The notes under the pieces: model-generated
The model's input: the letters and a program-made list of their open reading frames with translations, nothing else
Database searches by the model: none
What the model was told of the DNA's origin: nothing
Assembly: GCA_964199315.1 (NCBI GenBank)
Contig: OZ116698.1
Location: 8,928,001-8,992,000, forward strand
Direction of reading: 5' to 3'
Source of the DNA: Orbicella franksi
Taxonomy: Eukaryota
DNA: 64,000 nt
In this document: piece by piece, positions 17,324-30,940 of the stretch
Position numbering within the stretch: the first letter of the stretch is position 1
Layout: each line of letters begins with the position of its first letter
Program-made: the position numbers and the translations under genes

Positions 17324-18061
17324 CAGGGCCTGGTTGTTCGAAAGCCCGTTAACGCTAACCCAGGTTTAAAGTTAACCGAAGTAGTCTTTTTTCTTGTGTA
17401 AAAACGTTTTTGACTACTCATGTTTTGTGTAGTTTGAGATTATTCAAACTCAAAAGTGAAGGACAAACTGAAAACCTCACCGAAAATTACCAAACCCAAA
17501 TCAAAATTCTCGCTAATCCTGGGTTAGCTTAATCGCGCCTTCAACAACCCGGCCCAGGGGCCTGTTTCTCGAAAGCCCCGGAAAGTTTTCGCGCCCGAAA
17601 AACCATTTTTAGTTAATCTGATTTTAAAGACAGAGAGGTGTACACGCCTGAAACTTCTTGTACGGAATGGAACCTCTGTTTATACTAAGAATATGTGAAG
17701 AGAACAGCTCTATAATCATAAGGTTTGATATTTTGCTCCGGCTTTCCGGGTGCGAAAACTTTTCGGGACCTTCGAGAAACGGGCCCCTGGGGCCCGTTTC
17801 TACTACTACTCATCCTCATCGTGCCCATGAGGATTCTTGAGGCCGGAAGGGGCCCGTTTCTGGAAGGTCCCGAAAAGCCGTAGCAAAATCTCAAACCTTA
17901 TGACTACAGAGCCGTTTTATTCACGTATTCTTAATATGAACAGAGGTTCCCTTCATACAAGAAGTTTCAGGCGTATACACCTCTCTGTTTTTAAATGCCG
18001 ATTAACTAAAAATGGCTTTTCGGGCCCGAAAAGTTTCCGGGGCTTTCGAGAAACGGGCCCC
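17324..18061. mobile_element. Train of three adjacent MITEs
   Basis: MITE A is 17324-17557 (ends cagggcctggttgttcgaaag / caacaacccggcccag). MITE B 17557-17787 and MITE C 17849-18061 have GGGGCCCGTTTCTCGAAAG TIRs and are reverse-complement copies of one family. Confidence 0.85.
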
Positions 18062-19583
18062 AGGACTTTCAGTGACCAGCGAACAACAAATTATAAACGT
18101 CACCGAGAAACTACTTGCATCAAGGACCGGAACCCACTGGATCGTCTCGGTGCGTTAGCTGTTCGTAAGGCCTTTAATCCCCTCCGATTTTCAAGTGAAT
18201 TGTTACCTCGAACTTTCAGGATATGAGAAATTTAATTAAAGCCTATTGTTTTCGGTTCGATAAAAATCTCGTTTTGGGTACTAAAAAAGTCTGCTGTGAT
18301 TTTCGAAAAAGGCACTAAGATCTAAGTTTTTCGTAGAATGTACAAAAAAGCCTTGACTTGTGAACTGGAGACTCGAGTTCACCTATAATGATCTTCTTGC
18401 CAAAAAAAAATCGAAGAACGCCGCAGGAACCTTCTGGTCGCTTTCTTCGGTTCCTAATATTCAGTATCTTTGTGATAAACAAACGATAACTTATAAAAGC
18501 TGCCCGGTCATATTTCGATAGCTAAAATAATTCCCGCCAAAAATCAGTCAGTTATATTATAAAGACCCTTGCAATTGACAGGATTTGATTGGATGATGTT
18601 GTATTGCTGTTACGACAATGCCCTATGTAAATGAGTTTTCACAAGATTTAGCATTCTCGCTTAAAAATATGACTGTAAGTAAAGTTTTTTTTATTTCGAA
18701 TCTTTCATCTCAAATATAGCGGCATTTTTAAAGCAAAAATCCATAAATCCAGCTGATTCTTTCGAGGACGAACCTTGTTGAAAGCTGAACAAAATACAAT
18801 TATGTTGGTGTTAAATTGCATTAGCCATCTTGTGCGCGAGTGTTTTTTATATTAGTTTAAAAGATGACAGGTGAAACCGCTTCAAAACGCCAACAAATTC
18901 ACAAATCTACAAGAAACTAGGGGTTTAATACAAAGAAACCTTTCCATCAACGGTGTAACATAGATCGGACGATAGTTACAAAAATATTTTCGCCAGTTTT
19001 TCGCAACATTCTCCTTTTTCTAGTTCTTCAGAAAATTTCCCGCCTACTTGCAAACAAATTCGCATCTTAGCTCGTAGCATAATTAGAAAGTACGACCGAC
19101 GTTCTGTTTTCTTTTCTCGCTCGTGTTTTTCGGTTGTCAAAAAACATAAGCGATTGTTGCAGAAACAAAAGAGAAAAATTATCAAAATAAAAGCTGATAA
19201 ATTCAGTGTGAAATGCTAATTTTTCTTTCTCGCCTGTTGAGAGTAAACGCTGTAATTTTCGCACTTTCTTTCCAGTTGTAAGCGTTTGTCGAATATTTGC
19301 ATGTATACCTTCTGTTCTTTTCAAAGTCTTTCGGTAAGCCCATAACCGTGTTGTGCGAGGTTTAATATCGCTTAACACCGCATAACGCGGGTGGAAAAAC
19401 CAAAAAAAGACAATGATGCCAATATTTTTATATTACAGAGAATTACCATCCTTGCGCCAGCGAAACACCTCTTCAAGCGCGAAACATCAACAAATTAACT
19501 GCGACGAAGAATTTGCTTGAATAGTTTTCGAAAAATCAAGTGGAATGTAATCAACCGTTGATAAATAAATTATTAATAAACAT

Positions 19584-20197
19584 TTAGAAATACAATGGAG
19601 TGTGGCCTAAACCTTTTCTCCGCTGCGCTGTCTGTGGCGATAGTTTCCTCTGTTCCGTATCCAGTAAGGTTTCCTTCTCAGGTCCACTGTCTCTTTTTTC
19701 CGTTCCAGAATCAACAAAGCTGCTAGCTTGGCCCAATTTTCCCTGAGAAACGAATCCCGATTGCGCGCGGGAAATAGGCACTTCTTCCTGAAACTGACCC
19801 CTGTCGTCCATTTCACTTGGCCCTGTCTCTTCCTCCGCAAGTTCTCCTATCTCCAACATTGATTTATAAACCGGCATCTCGAGATTAATTATTGCTTTTG
19901 GTGTTGGTGGTCTGACCAACTCGTATTCTTGGCGTAGTTTCTCAACCGCGTCTTCAAGAAGCCTTCGTTGACCGACCGGTAGATTCAACTGAGGGTAATC
20001 TTCCTTTTTCAACGCAAGAACCGCGGGCAAGCAATCGATTTGATGCGTTTTCACCAGAATGTCAATTGTGCTTTGGTTGATAAAAGAATCTTTCGCCCAA
20101 GCTTCAAACAATTCGGCACTCCCAAAAGTATCGTGTCTTCGAAGTAAAGGCGGCGGTTTTCCTGTCGACGAATCTGGAGAAGATTCGTCCTCTTTCA
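19584..20197 (-). CDS. SAM-like domain protein with acidic low-complexity tail; large exon, 5' exon unresolved
   Basis: About 200-codon open frame after a ttttctttctaaag acceptor. FEAWAKDSFINQSTIDILVKTHQIDCLPAVLALKKEDYPQLNLPVGQRRLLEDAVEKLR fits the SAM pattern (W..L..ID...L..L..ED...L.LP.G.R..L...V..L). Confidence 0.65.
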
Positions 20198-23100
20198 CTT
20201 TAGAAAAGAAAAACATGCTGGTTCGGTTGAATTTTCCTCAAAACTAAGGAAAATTGAACGAACTACTAGAAAACCATTTGGGCGTCACACACAATGCTTT
20301 ATTGACTCCTCAAAGAACAGATGGGGAAGCCCATTAAATTCAGCAAGCCACGTCAATGAATATATATTCAATCAAGTTTCCGTCTACGTTTTCCGGCCAC
20401 ATGGTGTTATGAAAATTCGATAACAATGCTTCCAGAAAAGCGGACATAATTTGTACGAGAAACCGACAGGCCAAATCATTTCTGTCACAACAAGGAACGA
20501 CAAGGGCCAAGATAAAAAAGCACCAAGGATAAACTCTTGTTTGTGTAAGTGAATAGCATCAAACTTCGCGCAATTACTTGAAATCTTTACTTGACATCCG
20601 GTTTTTGAGCGAAACACGGCCACGAATCCTGAACCGAAATGGATATGTTTTCGTGAGATACAAAGCGAAAATTATACAAAATGTTACTTGGCATAAAGCC
20701 GCATGCGCCATTGGTGAAACGGTCACAAATATTTCGGTGTTGCTGAAGGAAAAGATATCTCTCTGGTTCATTGTGCGCGAACGAAAGAAAACATATCAAC
20801 GCAAAAATTAATAGCCTTTTATTTCTCTCTTCTCCAAACTAACCTTGATTGATGGTCCAAAATAACGGGCGAAAAATATAAACACCCAACTGCGCAAGAA
20901 GCTCACAATATATGCAAAGGGATAATTTTTCTCTTGAGCAATTTTCTTTAATAAACGGTAAATGGGACTAAATTAAGAAATGAAAATTCTTTTGTGTTCG
21001 TTTGACAAATTTTTCTTCGGCTTGAGATTCGAAGAAAACATCAAAACAATGGAAACCCATCCATCCTCGAGTTTGAGGATCGTAAAAATGAAGTACGCTC
21101 GCTTTGTAATGTTGACTGATTTTCTCGTGTATTTACGTATGCTGTTCATGTCGTGTAAATCCCCTTGTTTATATACCTGAAGGAGAAAGCCTGCAAAACA
21201 ACATAAGGCACGCGCCGAGCAGTCGAGTTACGAGTTAATGCGCTGACAATAAAACATGAATCTATCGAATTTTAAATGAATAAATTGTTAAAAGCGGTCA
21301 AGCTACAAGTGAGCGAATAAACTTTATTTGCCTAATTTTATCCTCTCCCTCGTTCACTCTTTGACTCCTCTTGAGAGACGAAGCCGAATGCCAGAAAATC
21401 ACAGGGAAAATACGGCTGAGATAAAACACGGGAAATATACAAACGGACCAGTGTACTGTCATAATCTAACATACACACGCCGGTCGCACAGAAATAAACA
21501 AATAAAATCAATTTGTTCAATGAACTGGGATATTTCATCTAGTATTGTTATTAAACATGAGGCATTTTTTAAAGACATGTTAACATAGCCAACGCGTATA
21601 CTCTAGAAACAATCCACTACCCCCATTCATTTTATTTTAAGCAATACCTCATAAAGGAGTTTTAAAATGATTGGCAATATTTGATCAAATTCTAACAAAC
21701 ATTTTAGGACATTTTCAAGAGACTAACTTCTAACTCAGTAAGCTAGAGTACATTATTCAATAACTCCCGAAAATTAAACAAACAAAACAAGTTGAAGGTT
21801 GTCTTAATTCAGTCTTCAACCTTTCAAATACCATGGTTTGCGCGATTTTGCTAAGTTTTCGTTGTTGTTCTCTGCTGAGTGACCGCGCCAGGTGCTTACT
21901 GAGTAGCCGCGCCAAATTGTTAAGAAAATCCGCGTGTTTTTCTTGAATGTAACTATGTAAGCAGATGAAAGCACAAGTGGTAAGGCATTATGATTAAGCC
22001 CTTTGTAGAGAAATAAAGAGAGAGATGGTAATTTACCCTGCAATGCCTCTAGAATAACTTTGCCACCTTAGAAACCGTTTAATAGCCGAGAAATCGCTAT
22101 TCGTTTCTGACGATTCGAATTACCCTCGAAAGCTAGCCAGTAATAAATATCGCAAATTTACAGAAGTGTAGACCACTGGGCCTAACACCATCAAAATTCA
22201 GTTAGAAAAATCGAGAAAACTTAAAATGCTCTTTGTTTCTCATTCCATGGCGCGATAAACGAAACAAAAGAAAAACCCGTGAAAGACTACTTAACATATA
22301 AAAAGAGAGAATCTAAAGCGAATTCAATATTGGTCCGCATTTTCAAAAGAAACAACGAACACTTTGAAGATATACAGGACAATGACTTTACCGCAAAACT
22401 TTTAGACCAGCAGTTTATTCAAAACTAGCTAACTACACAAGAAGAACAACGTGCAGCATTAAGCTAAAATATGACGGCATGCAAAAATTTAGGTTATCTT
22501 TTAACATCGGACGAAGGAAAAGAAATAGCTATTTGAAGACATTTATAATGGGTGAAAACAATACTGAAAGTAAAAGGACACCTGTTGCGTTTATGATAAT
22601 ACCACGATTTTTATTGCTATTTACATATCCTTAAGTTACAATTTAAAACGTTAAAAGCTTTCGTTAGCTCACCACCCATATCTGGTGTATATCTGCTATC
22701 AATTAAAAGCATGTTTTTTCCTATTTCAAAGTAATTTACTATTATTCCTCAATATGTGCTATCAACTAACTCCAGTCGTAGAACCCACGCTAGAGGCGAC
22801 TTAGTCTGTTACCAAGGCGAACCGAGAAAGCGATAGATATGAGTAGCATTTTCTACTGATCAAAGAGCAAAGAGGGAAAGTTGGAGACTTCCTTGCGGTT
22901 ATCTAGGGGAGGGGCCCGGAGAGCCCCCCCCCCCCCCTATTTTGGGTCAAAAAAATATTAGAGAAGGAAGAAAAGCCGGCAGGGCAGGTATGACAACCCC
23001 CTCCCCCCCCCCCCCCCAGCTCAAGGTCTGGGTCCACCCCTGGTTAGTCACCTTAGTGTCTAACTCCAGTTGGCACGAGAAAACCAAAGGAGTAAATGCT

Positions 23101-23425
23101 AAGTTAATCTCGAATAACCTCCAGCTTTTTTATCCTTCTTTCCAAGCGATCAGCCAGAACCCATTTGTATTCCCAGGATCAAAGTGTGGCAAGTTTTTAA
23201 CTTCACAGAGCTCGGGCAATAACAATTGCAATTTTGAGTAACACTCGAACTCTACATCTCGAATATTAGTCAGACTAGGCGGTCTGTCTACTTCAATAGC
23301 GCATAATCACACTGCGTTAAACCATCAACTGAATGAAAAGAGTTTTTCCTTAACGTCTCATATTTCAGACGCGTTGTCTCATTAACCGACCAAATGCACA
23401 CACGTAGTTTGTAAGAGGTTTTATT

Positions 23426-25774
23426 TTACATTACAACATCACGCCCGCATATCAACCGATCGAGACAACCGCCACAATTCTTATCTTGATAACTTTCCTT
23501 TCCTTTGTTTACCAAGCCGTTTATTACATTCAGTATCGTCAAGTGTGTAACATCTATTCATAACTGGTCGTTGCATCAAAAGAATTGTACATTTATCTTC
23601 TTGATTTTTATTTATAATTGTTATTTTAACCTCCAGAATGGTGTGTATGGAAAAGACGGTGAACGTAAGTAAACTGAAACTAATCTAAATTATATCCGTT
23701 TTAAATAATACATAATTTAAAAACGTTTAACACCTAAATGCTGTTATTAAGCATGTGATTTCCGGTTCACTCAGAAAAAAAGAATTATCATTAAGGGCAT
23801 GAATTTAATTGAAAAACTGCATGGAAAGAAACTAGACTTCTAATAATTACAAAATAAAAAAACTGGAGAAGCAAACTTTACAGACTTTCGGGTCCACATT
23901 AAAAAGAATTCAACTGAGACATGAACTTTAAAACCAAATTTCAGTAACAAGGATTCTAAAATAACTTTTAAATGTAAAGGCCCAATGTGAAACGCTAAAG
24001 TCAACCTTTAAAATTACGTGAAGCGAGTTCAAGAGACTGAATACAAAACACCTTAGATACATTATTTCCTATCGAGTGAAAATTAAAAATGCGATTTGAA
24101 AGATTTGATTTTCCTGTCAGCTTGTACCTGCATCTGCCGCGCCTTCTTCCCCCTCCCCCTCGGGTTGCTTTTCGTCGGAGCTCTCTGTGACGGTTCTACA
24201 ACGTTGGCCAAAAAGAAACTAATTAAAGTGAAAGACGGTATGATTTAGCAAAAAGACCAACATTTGGTCTCACGATTACGAAATTCCTATATTTACGAAT
24301 ACAAACAGGCATGTAAATCTCATTGGACAATTTAAGGGAAAAAATCAGTTTTCTATCTCATTGGTAGGAGCTTGCAGTAAACGTTACCGAATAAATTACA
24401 GAGACTTAGGTTAGGAAACACCATGGCAGGTTCTTGACACAATGAGTACCTTCTGAACATATTCTACAGCCCGCCAAAACTCGCAGAAGTGCAACATTTC
24501 ATATGAGGTACAATTTTATTTATTGGCTCAATTTTTTTCTTACTGGTTCAAACTTACCACGATGGCTAAACATAACATAAACATAAAACCTTTATTTCGA
24601 CACGATAAGAGTTAAAGCTACAAAGCTTCTGGGGTCGTGTATACTACTGATCAGAATTAAAATACATTTTAAAATTGAAATATACACATGTAAAATACTG
24701 AATAGACATATGCGGAATTAAGATCAAAGTATCAATCTAGGACCTTAAATTATTAATTCACGTTTCTAAAAATACACATAATCACTAACGCTATATCGGG
24801 ATGTGGAGGCTGTTAAACTGTCAAAAAACAAGTCTTTAAAACACTCCTTGGTAATAAGTAGTCTTTTAATTTCATTAGAATTTAAATTATCTATTATCTA
24901 TTTGGTTGGATACTTACCGTGTTAGATCTTCTCCAATTTGTAATTCAAGAGCAGTCACGTGAACAACGCATTTAGGATCCGGGGGAGGAGGGCACTCCTG
25001 GCATAAATATGGCGAAAAACAGAAAATTAGTTGCAGATCTTTAGTATAAAATCATTTTCTGTGTCAGGCCCCTTGCCGGCTCGTCTCTTCCAGCTTGTTC
25101 TTTGCACGTTCCGCAGCGCACGAGAGCCTGCTCGCAGGCTACAGTAGCAATGGCAACGAGAACAGAGAATGAAACCAAGCACAATAATTATTGTTAAATG
25201 AGCAATGCAGAGCGGTTAAGATAAGGCTTTCTTGCTCTTTCGGGATTGCCTGTTGATCCCGCAAGAAAATGGTGTCCTGTACTAGACAGTTATTAGCGAG
25301 CTTGTTCAGTCAAGATGATATTGGCTTCGATCTTTCTCAGCGTGTTTATAGACCATGATTGCATATCGGGCCATAAACACGCAAAGAAAGTTTTTGGTCA
25401 ATATCCAGCCATTTTGACCTCACTGACGCTCGGTCAATAACTCATATATATTCTCACTGACTATTTCTAGTACGTACTTCGGGCTGTTTTTGGTGATAAA
25501 TTAAGTTGTTCTCTCTTTCGCTCTTCGCTTTCTTTTCATTTAATAGTTTCTTTATCCTACAGAAGAAAACAAAAAGGTATACTTCACCACTTTGCTGAGA
25601 AAATAACAAACAAAGACACTACAAAATATCAAGCACGTTCAACAGCACATTTATAGGCTGTTATGTGACAACATCATCTACAGTCAAGACTCCTATGTGC
25701 GGGCACCTTTGATACCAGAAAAAAGTTATATATAAGTGTCGGTTTATGGTTCAAGATTTCTGCCCCGGGGAGGC

Positions 25775-25805
<31 letters not shown>

Positions 25806-25913
25806 CGCTGTGAAGGGTATGGTTTTCAAGCAGTTTACTCTAGGATAGGGTATATAAATCAGAACGTTTGGGTCTAGAATAGGGTATCATTTTTCATAAA
25901 ACTGACTAGTTGG

Positions 25914-25949
<36 letters not shown>

Positions 25950-26072
25950 ACCACTCAAAAATATAAAAATATCAAATCAGCAGGTTTAAATTTATGCAAA
26001 TCAGCCTCAACAGTGTCGATAGATGGGGGATTTGGGGAGTTTACTCTAGTATAGGGTAGCAAAATTCAGCTG

Positions 26073-26103
<31 letters not shown>

Positions 26104-29100
26104 GGTCCCAGCGGCACATCCCCACCCAGAAATTCCCAAAGTACCTCCCCCGGGGTTTCTGCCCCCTTTAGGTCTCCGTAACGCGTTAGCAGAGAATTGA
26201 CTGTATAACAATAGGGTAAAATTTTAATTTTTAGTAATCGGCGGGAGTGACTAGAGGCAGGACCAAGAAATGGACGCTAGGAAAATAAAAATATACTTTA
26301 CTTTTCAAAAGGTGCGGATTCAGCCAAGTGGAGCTTGGTTTTTGGTTTAATTTTGTCGTATTCCTAAAAAGCAAGAAACATACGTCATTTAAATAATTGA
26401 TTTAGGTAAAGGTAAAGGCTTCCAAAAAGATGTACATTTCTTCTGAATGACAATTCCCTCCCCCTAAAAGCTCTAGGTTTTGTTGTAACAAGTACATCTT
26501 TTGCGATTACATGCATGTCCTGAGATTTTAATGTTCATCTCATGACTGAAAAACATATTTAACTTGTGTTTGATGTATGTCTTTCAATGACCAAGTATGA
26601 TGTAGTATTCTAATTTACAACCAAAACTTCCTAGAGGCAAAATATATACTAATGTTCACCAGCTGGTACATTATTTCAAACCTCAGCGCTTATATACAAG
26701 AGATATTGCCTGTACTTACTTTTGCAAGATGAGTGGCTTGATTTAAATGCTTGAATCCTTCGTTTAACACTGCAATAGATTCACCGCACCTGTCAATCAA
26801 TTCAAATAAACCAACAGCATGTAAACACTTGGAAATAAATAGCTGTTCTACTAACAGTTTTTCTCAATGTAACAGAGATAATTGACTTCAAACCACTTGT
26901 GACATGCATTCTAAATTAGCCAAAAGAAAAGAAAACTGAATGTGAATCCCTCTAGAAAAATGGGAACCTAACATTATTACTTTGAAATGATTATAACAAT
27001 GAACTTTCCATGCCATACGCTCACTTTTCTTCACTTTCAAGAAGATGAACACCCTGGTAACATCTTGCCAAAGCCATGTATGATTCACCTGTTTCAAAAA
27101 GACAGAGGAGTAAGTCTTTTATTTTGTTTAGCACCACAATAATTATTGACTGAAAGAGTAAGAACTGGAGGTTTACTAATTCACTGCAGACTGACCTCTT
27201 AAGAACACTTAGTCAGAGCATTAGGTTTTTTTGTTATTATAACTTTATTTTGTTATATATAATTTAATTCCTAAATACCTTCCTTTTTTGCATCCACTGC
27301 GAAGATTTTTGAATCAAACATAGAATTAGATGTCTACAAAATGCAACCTAGAAGCAGAGGAACTTTAAATAGACAGTCAGCTCTGCGAAGTATTCTTGTA
27401 ACACGTTGCCTTCAAAATGATAAATATTGCCATTATATACTCAACTAGTCATCATTTTATGTGGAGATTACAAAAACACAATCAAATCATAGTTTTAGTC
27501 CTGTACCTTGAAATTTCAAATAAGAAGACCACTTCTGTCCCTCATGATGTGAAGTCTGACAAAAAAAATTAAAGTTATCAAAATCATCGATCTTGACATG
27601 CAGGAATGCTTTGTGTCTTAGACATTGCCTACACATGCAGAGAAGCTCTCCTAAAACTGTGCAGGTTTGATTCTGCATGTAAAATAGATTATCTGATCAC
27701 AGCATAAAATGGTTCAGTTACTTACATCAACTTCCCCAGCTGCTGTGGTGTACTTCTGTGATACATCATGGCACAGTTCACCAATCAACAAGGCCTTGTG
27801 ATTTTTGCTGATGGCTCTTCTGATAGTCACACTCTAAAAGAAAAGAAAAAAAAAGAAAAGAAAGAAAATATGATTTGTAACTAACTGCCAAATCGATACA
27901 TGTCCCTCCAATGGATTATCTTTTCTGTGAGTGAATAAAATTATCTCGATCGAAGAACTTTGAAAAAAAACTTTTTTGTCACCTGTGATCTGCATAACTT
28001 TATAGTGTCCAACACTTGTTTTCATTGCAAATGAATACATGTATATGAAAGATCATATATTTGAACTGCGGAGAAAGATATGAAGACATACTTCATACAG
28101 ATACAGCTGAGCCATATCACATAGGTCATGGGTTCGAATCCCGTCCAAGCCTGAATTTTTTTCAGGCTTTAATTTCACAGCTGCTTAAGTTGTGTAATAA
28201 CTGCAATAATCATTGATGCCTTCAGTTGTTTTAAATTAAAGCTATTCCAGTCTGTATTCTCGGTCTAATACAGACAATGTTCCTGTAAGATGTCCATACA
28301 CTATAAGGAAAACTGAGAACCAACAAAGAAAGTGTAATATGTACAACTTAAAGCTTTGTTCATAATAAATTAATACATAAATATGTAAATCAATCATGCA
28401 GCCGTATCCAATGAGCATATATTTACCTGCCCTTCGGCAACTGACTGAAGAAGCAAAGCACCCAGTATTGGAGCTGTAAGACACAGATAACATTTATAAA
28501 ATAATAACTTCATGAAAGGTACAGGAAAAATAATCATCAAGAAGGATTAAAATGAAGATGTGTAAGTTTATTGGTTAAACTAACCACTAAGATCTTTGCC
28601 TCCTTGCACAAAGCCTTCCCATGCCTTTGCTGTCTCAAAAATACTTGCTGCCATCTTCAAAGAGTTCAAACTTTCCTGTGAAAAAGAAAAAAAGATAAAA
28701 GTAGTCACGTAACAGCTGTTGCACTCTGAGTACAGTGGACAATAGGGCATTACTTAGCTTGTGTACATCCACACCCTCTCCTCCCAAATTTTTTGGAGAG
28801 AAGGAGGCAGAAGACTTTTGCTTACTTGATAACAAATCTTAAAACTTAAAATGAGGAGTGTTAATTGCCATGGAACAAAAGGAATAACTAACAATCATCT
28901 TTGCTAAACTTTGAAGTATTCACATTACTCACCATTCAAACAAATACTGGGGTGTGGGTACTAGTAATGTACACTCTCACTGACTCTCCAATCCCCAGAC
29001 TTACCCCTTGCCTCCCCCCCTCCCCCCACCACCACCACCACCACCACCAGCAGCAGCTATGTCTTATTTTCTCTCTTGAATGTATACGTACACAACAAAT

Positions 29101-30244
29101 AGTGTATGTTCAGTTACTGTAGTATATACAGTAATATTATAATGATAACAACAAAATGGCATGATGCAAAAACACTTGACTGTGTTGTTAACTGCAGTAT
29201 ATTTCTCTTACTTTCATTTTCTCTTCATCTTCTTCTTCATCTGTAATGTTCTTGTGGACCTAAAATTATAATATTACAAAAATGTGAAATAACTAAAAAT
29301 GATGTCACTAAAAAGGCCTTTTCAAAAAAGTTCACTACTTTGAAAGATAGTCAGTACTGATAAGTTAATAAAGATGGTGGATTTTAAGCTCGGTAATGAA
29401 ATGTGAAGGTGAATTAATCAACATGACACGAGCGCGGGACAAAGAAAAATTCTGAGTCCCCGACAGGAATCGAATCCATGACCTCCCGAACACCGGGTGG
29501 GCGCTCTATCCACTGAGCTACGAGAACTCATGGAGAGCAAGGTCATTTAACTGAGTTCAAATATGATAGGTGTCCTGCATACTGCTACAGTATTGTACTC
29601 ACCAGATGTGCATGCTCTAAGTGCCAGATTCCAGCTGCAAACATCATAGATGCCATATCTTCATCAACGTTGTTTGTCACGGTTTTCTCATCTTCGTCCA
29701 TTAAGTTTGTCCACTTAAATCTAAATGAAGTATACATGTCTAGTCATTTCCTTATTATAACATTTTATTTTGACATGAATACTCTTGCTAGATAATTTCC
29801 TTATTAAAATTTTATAGTTTATAAGGTTACCTACCAGTTTATAGAACTGTTTAATATGCACGCAGTCATAAAAACAGTTGTAGTTTAAATTTTTTGTACT
29901 TACCTGAGCCTGGAGAAACTTTTTACCTGAAACAGGAAAAACAAAATGAAAATTATGAAATAAGAAGACTTAAGGAACACATTTAGCATGACTCAAGATT
30001 CCTTATAGCCCCTAGACAGTAGTTCAAAACTAGTATGTGATATACAAATTTGATTACCTACTGTATAGATACTGTGGTATTCAAATATGGGAGAATATGG
30101 AAATCTGACGATAATGGTTACGAGTATCCTTTTACAACATAAAGCAGTGCATCAGGGCTTACACAGTGAAAAGCATGACATCTCTTGACCTGAACGTATG
30201 CTATAAATAAAGGTATGCTTAAATAATAGTTGTCTACCTGTCTT

Positions 30245-30285
<41 letters not shown>

Positions 30286-30940
30286 GCTTCATATTAACAT
30301 GATAAAGATACCCCTTTAGAATCACATGTTACTATTCCTTGCAGATTTATCCTGGTAGAATATCCTCCAATTAGCATATTACACCTCCTGCAACATCTTT
30401 AGTCATAATAATTTAATTTTACATGTTATGACATTAAATTGTAGTAGGTCTTACAGTGTAAGGCAACAGAGAAAATAAATTGCAGATCAACAGCTAGAAG
30501 GTTCTTTGCTCAACAGACTCCTTTCATAATAAGCTTTACTCCCTAGCAAGAAACCAAACAATTTCCAAGAAGGCAAAGAACCGTGTTCCTATAAGTCTTA
30601 ACCATAAACGTACCTGCTGTAGAATACTTTTCAATGTGGAGTTCATAACAACATACTCCCTAAGTGTGTTAACTACCGTCTCGCTAGAGCCATCAACCTG
30701 CTTCAAGGCCTCTTCAATTCCTTGACGTCTGTTAAACGAAATACTGTTATTAGCATCCCTACAAACTCTTCTCCTAACTACCATGAATTCAAAATGTATT
30801 GAAGGATAAAATGGCAGCTTTTTTCCTCACTTTCTTGTGCTATCATGCGCGAGCGGGGCCAAGTTTTCTGGTATTCCATCGAGCGCGAATCCAAAATTGA
30901 CGCGCTCAGTAAGCTTTTTTGCACATGCAGGGTGTGCCAT
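23426..30940 (-). CDS. BROX: Bro1-domain protein, BROX-like (ESCRT-III accessory); last exon uncertain
   Basis: Phase-consistent exons: 30940-30831, 30773-30614, 29926-29904, 29720-29603, 29259-29212, 28675-28585, 28473-28427, 27833-27726, 27555-27507, 27088-27025, 26789-26720, 26363-26302, 25556-25478, 24997-24918, 24195-24128, plus a tentative last exon ending at 23426. Motifs RFKWTN, SLKMAASIF, GKDLS, AEGQSVTIRRAI, KWSSYL, KCGESI and ERENNLIYHQK align in order with remembered human BROX. Confidence 0.85.
25764..26154. mobile_element. Non-autonomous DNA transposon with CCCGGGG ends, in a BROX intron
   Basis: Ends cccggggaggcactgcc / gtacctcccccggg; 8-bp TSD atttctgc/gtttctgc. Confidence 0.8.
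28060..28225 (+). mobile_element. tRNA-related interspersed repeat
   Basis: B-box ggttcgaatcc followed by gcctgaattttttcaggc and the tail typical of this repeat family. Confidence 0.55.
29383..29587 (-). mobile_element. tRNA-derived SINE
   Basis: Minus strand has A-box tagctcagtggatagagc and B-box ggattcgattcc, without a complete cloverleaf. Confidence 0.7.
30244..30283. repeat. (TGTC)n microsatellite
   Basis: Direct reading of the sequence. Confidence 0.9.

Noticed and set aside
18976-19378. ORFs that might be 3' exons of the SAM protein
   Set aside because: No convincing phase-compatible donor and acceptor pair was found.
23636-23663. Plus-strand 28-nt segment bounded by cag and gtaagt
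   Set aside because: It is isolated, antisense to the BROX 3' end, and has no partner exons.
29383-29587. Possible tRNA gene, also at 28060-28225 and 44626-44700
   Set aside because: A/B boxes are present but there is no complete cloverleaf, and each continues into a SINE body.
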